A stretch of DNA of 64,000 nt from Nitrospira sp. UBA6493 (GCA_002435325.1 DJMJ01000024.1:108338-172337); one strand, 5' to 3'; numbered from the stretch's first letter, positions 40,078-49,848 are shown. The notes: generated by a model from the letters alone, not told the origin. Program-made: numbers and translations.

Positions 40078-40245
40078 AGGGAGGTCTTCTGGCTCATGGT
40101 TCATCCTACTTCCCGCGCCTTCCCATCCAAACGGACAGTGGCATTCACGGGTTTCGTCCCCATTCACAGCGGCGGGACCGCGAGGGAGTCACACCCTCTT
40201 CCCTTACCCCGGAGTTACGATATGGTGTCGGCACTCTAGGAGATG
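40078..40245 (-). promoter_or_regulatory. Cobalamin riboswitch upstream of btuF
   Basis: Minus strand GGGAAgagGGTGtgacTCC..CGGTCCCGCCGCTGT...GCCACTG...TGGGAAGG...GAGCCAGAAGACC. Confidence 0.9.
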
Positions 40246-40370
40246 GAAGTAAAACTTGTCAAGTTCCATAATGTCCGATCACTGCGTCTTTACTGTACAC
40301 CGTTCCCTCGACACCGCCGTCCTCATCACGAGAAGTGCCCGTTACATCGAGACTTTTTACGGAGATCCTA

Positions 40371-40387
40371 TAGGCATAGAGCTTGCT
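40371..40387 (+). promoter_or_regulatory. Possible sigma54 promoter
   Basis: taGGcatagagcttGCt: GG-N10-GC with TTGCT, ~95 bp upstream of ATG 40483. Confidence 0.4.
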
Positions 40388-40482
40388 CGCATCTCTAGCG
40401 AGCGATTCTGTCGAATTTACGGAACGCTTTGCCACAAATAGACCATTACACCATCGGGTAGGGAAGAGACAGCGAACCAGTC

Positions 40483-41862
40483 ATGCGAAATCTGATTATT
40501 AGCGCCTGTATTATCGGTCTGTTTTTAGAGCTCTCGGGGCTCATGTGGTCGCTCAAAAAAGACGGCACCAGCGACACCTTTGTCGTGCTGACAGAGCCTG
40601 CACCTCGCATGATCGAGCATCCGTTGGAAAATGGCTATTTTCTTCTTCTTGGCATGGCCGCTGATCGCACACAGAATCCGATCCAAACCGGCTATGACAT
40701 TTGGCTCGAATCAAGCACACGTCCAAACAGCACCGGCTTCGATTTCAACAAATCAGGCCGATCCGAACTCCGACTCCCCGTTGCAGTGGATCAAGTCGTT
40801 CCAGAGTGGTACGCGTCCAATCCTCTGGAGGCATTGCAAAAGCAGGACGCCCTGTACCGGGTCTCCGCCGACCGCTACCGCCCCCTGGTGGCGCGCTACG
40901 AGCAATGGCTTCAAATGATCTTTGAAGATTGGGGCTATGTCCATCAGGGGGCTCCGCGCATCGAAGAACTATTGGGTGCCCACCGGCTCTATGTTGCAGA
41001 GGGGGTCTCACAAGAGACCGCCACCGGCCTCGCACGGCTCTCTCAGGACCTGGCTAAATGGCGTACGGTCCTGCGTGACGCCCGCACCCTCCCGCTCAAA
41101 ATTATGGCCGCCGTCATGATTGACGACAACGTGCAACTCGTTTCTAGAATTCTGAGCCACGAGTCGGTCGATCGGAAGATCTTGGCGCAGAGCATCGAGT
41201 TGCTCCAACCCCTCACTGCCGCGGAGTATTCGCTCCAATGGCCGGTTCGAAACCACTTCACACTGACCTATTTGCGTCAGCGCGCAATAGAACTGTCCCC
41301 ACTCCAGGAGCCCCAAACCGACTGGACACCCTATGAGGCCATCGCACACAGTGCCCACCTACCATCTCATGCGTTCCAGAAAGTAGAACATCCCCAGAAC
41401 CGCCCGTCTCTGACAGCCTCTTCACAAAGCCAGCACACCTGGAATACCTATGCAACGTATTACGATGCTCTCATCAAAACCGCCGACTCCGTCCATAGCC
41501 CGCTCCCCAAACTGCACGACATTGCGAAAAACTCTTCCCGCACATTCACGAACCCTCTGGAATTTGAACCGGAGTGGACGCCCTTCAGTCAACGACTCGT
41601 GGAAACCGATGCACGTCTCCGGCTAGCCTCACTCCAAGCCTTAATGCGCAAACCAACCGCCACTGCCACCATTCCCACACGGCTGGCAGAAGTCGGAGCG
41701 AAATACTACGATCCCTTTTCAGGCCTCCCCATGCTCTGGAGCCCTACGCAAAGAAAGCTCTATAGCGTCGGGAAAGATCATTTGGATGATGGGGGTGATC
41801 TGACCTTTGACATTAGCGTTCCGCTCTCAAGCGCCATGACCCCACTAGGTCACTCCTTGTAG
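40483..41862 (+). CDS. Hypothetical exported/anchored helical protein with a GspG-like C-terminal motif
   Basis: N-terminal hydrophobic segment; DPFSGLPMLW...LYSVGKDHLDDGG resembles the pseudopilin DPWG...LYSxGxDG motif. Confidence 0.7.
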   Translation: MRNLIISACIIGLFLELSGLMWSLKKDGTSDTFVVLTEPAPRMIEHPLENGYFLLLGMAADRTQNPIQTGYDIWLESSTRPNSTGFDFNKSGRSELRLPVAVDQVVPEWYASNPLEALQKQDALYRVSADRYRPLVARYEQWLQMIFEDWGYVHQGAPRIEELLGAHRLYVAEGVSQETATGLARLSQDLAKWRTVLRDARTLPLKIMAAVMIDDNVQLVSRILSHESVDRKILAQSIELLQPLTAAEYSLQWPVRNHFTLTYLRQRAIELSPLQEPQTDWTPYEAIAHSAHLPSHAFQKVEHPQNRPSLTASSQSQHTWNTYATYYDALIKTADSVHSPLPKLHDIAKNSSRTFTNPLEFEPEWTPFSQRLVETDARLRLASLQALMRKPTATATIPTRLAEVGAKYYDPFSGLPMLWSPTQRKLYSVGKDHLDDGGDLTFDISVPLSSAMTPLGHSL

Positions 41863-41936
41863 AAATCCTCTCTGCCATAGGCAGCGCTTAAGTCTCAAGC
41901 CGGCCACGGCTAATCATCCACCGATGATCACGAGCG

Positions 41937-42194
41937 CTATTTCTGGAACTTCAGCTTGAGGACAAGAATTGCCAGGGTCAGCACAAATGTGATGACATTG
42001 GTCACGATGATCGGCCAGGAGTGAAGAAAGAGGCCATAGAGGAACCAGAGGAACACACCCGTGGTAAAAGTCAGCAGCATCGCCAACGACACATCATTCG
42101 CAGACTTGGTGACCCACGTCCGTTGAAGCTGCGGCCAGAAGGCAATCGTCGTGAGAGTGCCGGCAATAAATCCTATCCATGTTTCGAATTCCAT
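41937..42194 (-). CDS. SemiSWEET (PQ-loop) transporter
   Basis: Three TMs, [20 protein letters not shown]. Confidence 0.9.
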   Translation of the reverse strand: MEFETWIGFIAGTLTTIAFWPQLQRTWVTKSANDVSLAMLLTFTTGVFLWFLYGLFLHSWPIIVTNVITFVLTLAILVLKLKFQK

Positions 42195-42324
42195 AACGCT
42201 TCTCCGCCTGCTCCCTTACCGGCGGCCCTCACAGAGCAATCCAGCTTGCCGCTTGTCATGCGCCCTCTGTCTATGCTACCATCTGACGTTCTTGAGAACC
42301 TGTTTCTTTACAAGGAGTCTTACC

Positions 42325-42516
42325 GTGGCATTTTCATGCGATCTCTGCAACAAGCGCCGCCAATCTGGGAATAACGTCAGTCATGCCAACAACAAGACGC
42401 GGCGGGTATTCAATCCCAATATTCAGTCCGTTCGTGCCGTAGTCGGTGGAGCCACATTGCGGATTCGTGTCTGCACCCGCTGCCTGCGCTCTGGGTTGGT
42501 CAAGAAGGCCGTCTAG
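42325..42516 (+). CDS. rpmB: 50S ribosomal protein L28 (Zn-ribbon form)
   Basis: GTG after AAGGAG; [21 protein letters not shown]. Confidence 0.96.
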   Translation: MAFSCDLCNKRRQSGNNVSHANNKTRRVFNPNIQSVRAVVGGATLRIRVCTRCLRSGLVKKAV

Positions 42517-42671
42517 TCCTCTTCTCCGCTCACTCCGAACATCCTTACGGCATTGAGTACTGCACCAGGCTCCCTCGCTCAGTAAGATCTTAATCGATCA
42601 TGGGGCGAAGGGGTCTGGTTATGCATTTACCACCTCACACGCCGACATCCCATCACAATCCGCTTTTCTCT

Positions 42672-42920
42672 TTATCGAACCGATTGATGCCTGACTTCTA
42701 TATCGCGAAGACTTTGCGTGTAGGCGGCGCAGATCTCTTTCGCCCTGGGTGGCTCATCCTGATATTTGGCAAGGCACTAGCGGTAGGCGCTCAATAACTC
42801 CGCCTGCTCTTCCTGGACATCGGCCTTCATTTTCAAAACACGATATTCTTGATAGTAGTGGCAGCCCGCCAATGCGTGCAGGACTGCAGTGCCCCCAGCA
42901 ATCAGAATGCGCCACCTCAT
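42672..42920 (-). pseudogene. Small lipoprotein gene with an in-frame TAG (not in the ORF track)
   Basis: MRWRILIAGGTAVLHALAGCHYYQEYRVLKMKADVQEEQAELLSAYR*CLAKYQDEPPRAKEICAAYTQSLRDIEVRHQSVR*; LAGC lipobox; TAG at 42777-42779. Confidence 0.65.
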
Positions 42921-42940
42921 TCGCCATGGTCAGAGAATAT

Positions 42941-42977
42941 AAAAAAGGACTTGGAAGCAGATGCCTCTCAAGTCCTC
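42941..42977 (-). terminator. Intrinsic terminator downstream of tRNA-Gly
   Basis: GGACTTG...CAAGTCC stem followed by TTTTTT on the minus strand. Confidence 0.7.
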
Positions 42978-43023
42978 TATCCCTTACGCGTGACATATCA
43001 CGCCTTCTATTTCAGGTCTTATT

Positions 43024-43098
43024 TGGAGCGGGCGATGGGATTTGAACCCACGACAACTTGCTTGGGAAGCAAGGACTCTACCACTGAGCTACGCCCGC
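43024..43098 (-). tRNA. tRNA-Gly(CCC)
   Basis: Cloverleaf GCGGGCG/CGCCCGC-TCCA, anticodon arm CTTGC-TTCCCAA-GCAAG, TTCAAAT T-loop, encoded CCA. Confidence 0.97.
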
Positions 43099-43191
43099 TC
43101 ACGCTTCACTTTATACAGTAAACTTAATAGGGCTGTCCAGCAGCGAACGAATCGATGCCCTCCATCAGCAGCACACGCCAAGAGACAATAT

Positions 43192-43225
43192 AAAATAAAA
43201 AAGAAGGGGGCCTTGGCCCCCTTCT
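43192..43225 (-). terminator. Intrinsic terminator after the Cys-rich gene
   Basis: AGAAGGGGGCC-AA-GGCCCCCTTCT followed by TTTTATTTT. Confidence 0.85.
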
Positions 43226-43595
43226 CCCCAATCACCTACGGCTCTTATGACGAAACGGCCTCAGATTGGCAAGCACTGAGTGAGAGCCCCCTGATATCCC
43301 GACTTGCATGTCGTATAGCACAGCTGCCCTTCCTTCTCCATTCCGCTGGCACAAGACGACAACGGCTTCCCCCACGGAGTGGGATTTGAATAGGTCTTCT
43401 TCGTGCAGGACACTCCGATGTCCGTGCCCATATCCGAGGGACACTTCGGAGTACACCAATCCAGCAACAACTCTTTGTAGCCAGAACTACAATTTGAATA
43501 GTAAATCTGCCCCTGCTTCTCACAGCCCACAGTAGGATTGGCGGCCTGACAGCGCTTCTTCGCGTCATCGAGTGAAAAAGCCTTATCGCCAAATT

Positions 43596-45020
43596 GAGAT
43601 ATTGTCAAATGTTGTGGATTGAGGTGATCAGGCGGCGACCTTTCCTGTTTTCTTCTCTGACGGTTCTTCCGCGCGCTCGACTGGCTGCCCATCCTTGAAC
43701 CCACGCCCCGCCCGGACCAACGGCAGCAGCTCATGGGCATCGAGCCGGCGCCAGGATTGCTGCGCCGCCTCCAGCAGCTTGAAGGCCATCGTCAGGCCCG
43801 CGGTCCGCGAGCCCGCCCCCTTGGTGACACGCGTCCGGAGCTTCACCGTAGCAAACGTCGATTCAATTGGATTGGTCGTCCGAATATGTTTCCAGTGGGC
43901 CGCCGGGAACTCGAAATGGGTCAGGAGCCGAGCGACATCGGTGGTCAGGGAGTGCACGGCTTTCGGATACTTCGCCGCATAATCCTGGGCGAACCGGTCG
44001 ATCGCCTGCTCGCAGGCGGCCCGGGTGTCCGCATACATCATGTCGTGCAAGGCTCGCTTGGCCTGGGGCTGCAGCCGGGTGGGGAGCTTGTCCAGCACAT
44101 TGGCGATGCGATGGACCCAGCACCGCTGCTCCCGGGTCTCGGGCCAGACCTCGCGCACGGCGGCCCAGAACCCCAGTGCCCCGTCCCCGATGGCCAACGC
44201 GGGGGCCCGCAGGCCCCGGCGCTTGAGGTCCCGCAGCACCGTCAACCAACTCTCCGTACTCTCCCGATAGCCGTCCTCAATCGCGATCACCTCTTTCGTC
44301 CCATCGAGACGCACGCCGACCACGACTAACGCCGCGAGGCGGTCCTCCTCCAGGCGAATCGTGAAATGGACCCCGTCCACCCAGAGATAGATGAAGTCGC
44401 GATCCGCCAGGGGGCGCGCACGCCACTGCTCATAGTCGGTCCGCCAGGCCGCCGTCAGGCGCGTGATGGCGCTGGGCGAGAGCCCTGCCGCGTCGGCGCC
44501 GAGCAGCACCGGCAGCGCCTCGCGGAAGTCTCCGGTGGAAAGCCCATGGAGATAGAGGAGCGGTAACACCGCATTCACCTGCGGTGAGCGGCGCAGATAC
44601 GGCGGAAGAATCGCACTGGTGAATTTCTGTCGCGTCACGTTCAGCACGCGTTGATCATTCACCCGTGGCGCTCGAATGGTGACCGTCCCGGCGCCCACCG
44701 TCACGCGCCGAGGCTGGGCCTGCCCATTGCGGACCACTAAGGCATGGCCGCGGCTGTCACGCGCCTCGTGATGCTGTCGCCGGTATTCCTCCACTTCGAC
44801 TTCCAACGCCGCCAGGATCATGCGGCGGGCGCCCTCGCGGGCCAAGGCATCCAGCGCCGTGGCCACCTCCGGCTCTTGCTCTTGTACTCCCGTGGTCGTT
44901 CGGACTATCGTCATCATCGGCGTGCCTTTCCCCGGCCTGCCAGCTGGTATGTGGGTTGTTGTTCACCCGGAAAGGTACGCCACCTCGCTCACCCCGTTCC
45001 ACAACTTCTGACCATAGCTC
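43596..45020 (-). mobile_element. IS256-family insertion sequence, 1425 bp
   Basis: Imperfect terminal inverted repeats GAGATATTGTCAAATGTTGTGGA / GAGCTATGGTCAGAAGTTGTGGA; 9-bp target duplication CGCCAAATT at 43587-43595 and 45021-45029. Confidence 0.95.
43628..44917 (-). CDS. IS256-family (mutator-type) transposase
   Basis: LYLHGLSTGDF, YLWVDG, AIGDGALG, QRCWVH, RTTNPIES. Confidence 0.95.
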   Translation of the reverse strand: MMTIVRTTTGVQEQEPEVATALDALAREGARRMILAALEVEVEEYRRQHHEARDSRGHALVVRNGQAQPRRVTVGAGTVTIRAPRVNDQRVLNVTRQKFTSAILPPYLRRSPQVNAVLPLLYLHGLSTGDFREALPVLLGADAAGLSPSAITRLTAAWRTDYEQWRARPLADRDFIYLWVDGVHFTIRLEEDRLAALVVVGVRLDGTKEVIAIEDGYRESTESWLTVLRDLKRRGLRAPALAIGDGALGFWAAVREVWPETREQRCWVHRIANVLDKLPTRLQPQAKRALHDMMYADTRAACEQAIDRFAQDYAAKYPKAVHSLTTDVARLLTHFEFPAAHWKHIRTTNPIESTFATVKLRTRVTKGAGSRTAGLTMAFKLLEAAQQSWRRLDAHELLPLVRAGRGFKDGQPVERAEEPSEKKTGKVAA

Positions 45021-46454
45021 CGCCAAATTTCCACGGGTATTTCTTGCGTTGATAGTTTCCCGGCTTGGCGCAGAAGGCCCCGTCGTCGCGGTACCCACTT
45101 GGGCAGTTCTGCCAGCACACACCCGCCACCAGCTTGTAGCCCGATTGGCAGGGTTCGTAGCAGAGCGCCCCGGACTGCACCTGGCCGGACGCGCAACTCA
45201 GGGGCTTACCGGCACCACGGCTGTAGGATTTCAATTCAGGCTCTGGTTCAACACAACCTTCACCGGCAGACATATCCCACATAGCATCGGCCTTCGACGT
45301 ACTTTGCGAAGAGCACGTATCGGCTGCTGCAGGTATGGTCAGCTGGTCAAAGGCCCCAGTCATGCTAGCATATTGGAATAGGTCTATCGTATCCGAGGGA
45401 GCGGAAGTAATCACAACGGGGGCGAGCTGGTTTCCTGTCGGATGACCGGAAACCTGCCCCGACTGCAACGCCTGCTGATATTGTTGCGCGGCGCCAATAA
45501 CAGACGATACGTTAAATCCGGACGGCGATTCCGTCACGACCACGATCGTGCTTCCCTGCTCGACTACCGCGCTCTGCGCAGGAACTGCAACAAATTCCGT
45601 ACCGGTGGTAGTCGAAGCGGGATCTCCAATCGCTCGGGTTTGAATTTGTGGAACTGTCGCTCCGCCCTTGCCGAACACCGCGACGACCGGTGCCGGATTC
45701 ACACCCTTAGCCGCGCGAATGCTTGTCGTCAGGTTGCGCAGTCTGGCCTGGCCCCACTGCCGTATCGACCGCTGACTTGCGGCGAGATTCTCGATCGCGG
45801 TCTGCACCGCAGCCAGGCCGCTCTGGGCGTTGGCCATCACCGTCGCGTTACTCTCACTGGTGGGCGTGAGCGCGGTACTGAGTGCAATGGCATTCGCCTT
45901 CAAGGCTTGGATCTGGGCGGCGATCGCTTGCAGCTCAGCGATTTTGACCTTGCGCGAGCCCTGCGGGTACTTCGCGAGATAATTCCGCACCGCCGCGTTG
46001 AGATTCACGATCGGCGCTCCCTGCGGCAGGCTGCGTATCAGGGGATTCGACGCCAGATAGGCATCGCTGGCCTGCAGCAAGGCCACCAGTTTCGCCTGGC
46101 GGTCGAAGACCGCCCGGTTGAATTCCTTGGCGAGGACTTGCTCCACCACATCGGTCGTGCAGGCCGCCACCGCCGTCGGTCCGGTCACCCGCTCCAACGT
46201 AAAGGAGGAGAAGGGATCGGCCGTCTGCCAGCGTGTCGAAATCAGTTTGTCGCCCAACCCGTTATAGTGCCAATACCGGCCAGTCGCCGCGCTCTTGATC
46301 CGCACCGAACCATTGACCGCCGGCTCCAGCCACACATTGGCGCGAGGATCATTGATCGCCTGGCGGGTAGACACCAGCTTGTCGCCCGCCTCTTCGTACA
46401 AATACTGGCCCGTGGCCTTGTTCCTGATCCTGACCGAGCCGTCCGGCGAGACCG

Positions 46455-48571
46455 GGCCTGGCACCAAGCGGGCCTTGCTGATCGGCATCAATCAGTACAA
46501 GGCCGTGCCCAAACTGCAGGGCTCGCTGAATGACATCGATACGATGCGGCAGATCTTGCGCTCGCGCTGGGGGTTTGCCGAATCAAACATTGCGGTGCTC
46601 ACTGACGAAGCCGCCACGCGCGCGGGCATCCTGACGGCGCTTGAGCAATTGGTCGCAACCGCCGGTCCGAACGATACCGTCTATTTTCACTACTCCGGCC
46701 ACGGCTCGCAGGTTGAAGATCTCAACGGAGACGAACTCGACGATCATCTCGACGAAACACTCGTCCCCCAAGACGGGCGCAGCGGCGACGTCCGCGATAT
46801 CACCGATGACGAACTCGATGCCATCTTCGCCAGACTCCGTGCCAAGCACGCCTTTATCGTGCTGGACTCCTGCCATTCCGGCACGGCCACTCGCTCGCTG
46901 GATATCCGCATCCGCTCGATCCCTCGCGACACCCATCTCAATATCTACCGCGCGGCCGAATCGGCCCTGCCGAAAACTCGCGCCGTTGTTCCAGTGATTA
47001 CATCCAGGTACGTCGTCATGACCGGCGCCGCCTCGCATCAGGAGGCCCTCGACGGTCCGGTGGACGGCCGTTACCATGGCTTCTTTACCTATGCCCTCGC
47101 GAAGAGCCTCGGCAACTCCAGTCCGCAAGCCTCTCCACGCGAGGTCTTTGCCGGGGTCGAACGCGAGCTGAAGCGCATCCAAACCCATTTCGGCCGATCG
47201 TCGATGCCGGAGCCTCAACTCGAAGCGCCGCCGGAACTCATTGAAGCCAGCCTCCTGAGCCCCGCCACTTCATCCGGTGCAGGCTCGGCGCAACAGCCCG
47301 CCGCTCGACTGCCCTGGCTTGAAGTGACCCCCGGACAAAAGGGGATGGTTACGTTGATTAACGGTTCGCTCTTGGGGGCTGCGCCAGGTTCCACATGGTC
47401 AATCTACTCTGCTGGGGAGACCCTCTTTGCGCCAGGACGCGCATTGGCCATCGCGACGGCCACGCAAACCAACGGGAAAGACGCGCTCGCCAAGCTGCAA
47501 TCATCCGCCGGTCCTATTCCCGCCGGCGCACGAGCCATTGCCCTGCTTCCCGCCCCGACCGGTCAGCGTATCCCGATTCGGATTCTGGATGTCCCGCCAG
47601 GCCGTCGAGGCGTGATCGAAGAAACCCTGAAAACGAACATCAAGGACGTCGATCTGGTTGGAGACGATCACCCGGCCCGTTTTGCTGTGGATATCGAGGG
47701 AGAGACGCTGCGTCTCCTGGCAGCGGACGGCCTTCAGGTGGTCGGCACCTTCGAATTGAACGAGCCCTGGGGAGCCGGCATTGCGACGGTAGTCTCCCGG
47801 TCGGCCAATGCGTCCGAACTCCTGACGCTGGACAACCCTTCGTCACAGCTGAAGATAGACGTGCGGGTGGCGACCGCCGTGAAACCCAAACCCAGCGTGC
47901 GCACACGAGGCATCAAAGTCGTGGCCGACACGCAGGCGGCGAAGTATCGCATCCGCAAATCGGGCAAACCTCGCACCGAGCACAATAGCCTGCAACTGGA
48001 AGTGCGTGTGAACAGCGACTCCTACGTCACGATTGTGGACGTCGACTCTGAGGGCGGAGTCAATCTGCTCTTCCCGAACAACTACCAACAGCGAAGCTTC
48101 TATGGCGACGGTTTCCTCCGCGCGAGCGAGCCGGCGCTGATCCCCGACTCCATCAAACCCGGGAACAAAGCCGGATTCTATTGGGATTACAGCCCCCCTA
48201 AAGGCACCGATACGATTCGCGTCTTCACCAGCACCGATCTGCAAACGGCCCAAATGATCCGTGATCGAATCAAGACGTTGCAGGCAGCCGGGGAACAAGG
48301 AGGCGCGACGGTCAAAACACGGTCGGTCGCCAACACCGTCCAATCACTCCGAGACAGCCTCGCGTCCGTCGCAGCCCGCGGAATCATTACCGTGGCTGAT
48401 ACCACCACGCCCCTTCCAGGAGAAGTCACAACCCAGCCGATAGATCAGCCACCTCCGGCCGCTCCGCAGGCCATGCCCGGCGCAACTGAACTGGCAGCTT
48501 CATCCGCCACAACAAATACCTCCACGGCAGACTGGACCGCCACATCGGTCACCATCATGATTTCGGAGTAG
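46455..48571 (+). CDS. Caspase-family (C14) peptidase with C-terminal DUF4384-like domain; native start apparently missing
   Basis: KRALLIGINQY, LQGSLND, HYSGHGSQ and LDSCHSG dyad, GFFTYAL, PEPQL; C-terminal YVTIVDVDSEGGVNLLFPN...PPKGTDTIRVF. Confidence 0.85.
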
Positions 48572-48639
48572 CTGGTCACCGACGAGGGGGGATACGACCT
48601 GACGGCTGTCAGAGGCTCGCACGCAACAAGCAGAGTGCT

Positions 48640-49848
48640 CTATGCCAACTCCACAACCGCAAACTTGCGGCGGCCGATCTTCATCCGGTACTGACGGCCG
48701 GCGGCGAGGGTGACGCTGGCTGTGGCATCACTCTGCTTCTGTTGATCAAACTCCACTCCGCCCTGAACGATCAGCCGACGGGCTTCACTCTTGCTCGGCA
48801 CAAGACCTGTCCTGGCTACAAGCTCGATAAGTCCGATCGACTGCCCGTCTTTGAGATCCTGTGCCGTCAGGACAAGCCGGACATCGGGTTCGTCCGGAAA
48901 CTCGCGCTCGGAAAACTTGTGCTGGAAGGCGGCTCGGGCCCGTTGTCCGGCCTCTTCGCCGTGATAGCGCGAAACGATCAGCTGCGCGAGGGATTGCTTC
49001 GCCTCCATGGGATGCAAGGTCTTCACACGTTCAAGGTCTTCCGTCGTCAACAATTCATAGTACCGTGCCATTAGGGCATCGCTGATCGACATGACCTTGC
49101 CAAACATCTCCTCCGGCTTGTCTTCGAGCGCGATGTAGTTCCCCACGCTCTTGCTCATTTTCTTCACGCCGTCGGTGCCTTCGAGCAACGGCATAGTGAT
49201 GACGACTTGCGATTCCTGGCCAAAGTCGCGCTGCAGCTCCCGTCCGACGAGCAGGTTGAATTTTTGATCGGTCCCCCCCAACTCGACGTCAGACTTCAAT
49301 GCCACCGAGTCGTACCCTTGCACGAGCGGATAGAGGAATTCGTGCACACTGATGGGCTTCTGATCATGAAAGCGCTTATGAAAATCGTCCCGCTCCATCA
49401 TCCGGGCCACCCGATAGTGCGCGGCCAGCTGAATCAAACCTTCCGCCGTCATGGTTCCCATCCACCGGCTGTTGAACTCAATAGTCGTTTTCTGCGGATC
49501 CAGAATTTTGAAAATCTGACGCTGGTAAGTTTTGGCGTTGTCCTGCACCTGCTCCTTGGTCAGCGCTCTCCTGGTCTCCGAGACGCCGGTGGGATCACCG
49601 ATCATCCCCGTAAAGTCGCCGATCAGGAACAAGACCTGGTGCCCCAAATCCTGAAAGTGTTTCAGCTTGTGAATCAATACCGTATGGCCGAGATGCAAAT
49701 CCGGCGCAGTCGGATCGAATCCAGCCTTGATCCTCAAAGGCCGATTCTCTTTCAGCGACCGGGTCAGCTTTGCCTCCAGCTCAGTCTGCTGAATCACTTC
49801 GACCGTTCCACGCAAAATCAAATCGAGCTGCCGACTCAGTTCGCTCAT
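48640..49848 (-). CDS. tyrS: Tyrosine--tRNA ligase
   Basis: [19 protein letters not shown]-terminal S4 domain. Confidence 0.97.
   Translation of the reverse strand: MSELSRQLDLILRGTVEVIQQTELEAKLTRSLKENRPLRIKAGFDPTAPDLHLGHTVLIHKLKHFQDLGHQVLFLIGDFTGMIGDPTGVSETRRALTKEQVQDNAKTYQRQIFKILDPQKTTIEFNSRWMGTMTAEGLIQLAAHYRVARMMERDDFHKRFHDQKPISVHEFLYPLVQGYDSVALKSDVELGGTDQKFNLLVGRELQRDFGQESQVVITMPLLEGTDGVKKMSKSVGNYIALEDKPEEMFGKVMSISDALMARYYELLTTEDLERVKTLHPMEAKQSLAQLIVSRYHGEEAGQRARAAFQHKFSEREFPDEPDVRLVLTAQDLKDGQSIGLIELVARTGLVPSKSEARRLIVQGGVEFDQQKQSDATASVTLAAGRQYRMKIGRRKFAVVELA

Larger units (their letters stand above)
43261..46491 (-). pseudogene. Beta-trefoil / helical / Cys-rich-repeat protein gene, split by IS256 and apparently 5'-truncated
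   Basis: Removing the IS plus one target duplication gives a continuous 1797-nt frame (…YPWKFG|DKAFSLDD…); two GSVRI..ATG.Y....DKL.STR repeats at the N-terminus; C-terminal C-x-SG / LCY repeats. Confidence 0.85.

Noticed and set aside
43596-43740. N-terminal part of ORF 43261-43740 as a real gene start
   Set aside because: It is an alternative frame of the transposase end and inverted repeat; only 43261-43595 belongs to the interrupted gene.
46295-46491. True bidirectional overlapping coding region
   Set aside because: Each extension is the antisense of the other gene's conserved sequence and has no RBS or signal peptide; a junction explains it better.
43024-48600. tRNA-anchored integrative island
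   Set aside because: The accessory genes lie on the 5' side of the tRNA; I found no duplicated tRNA 3' end and no integrase.
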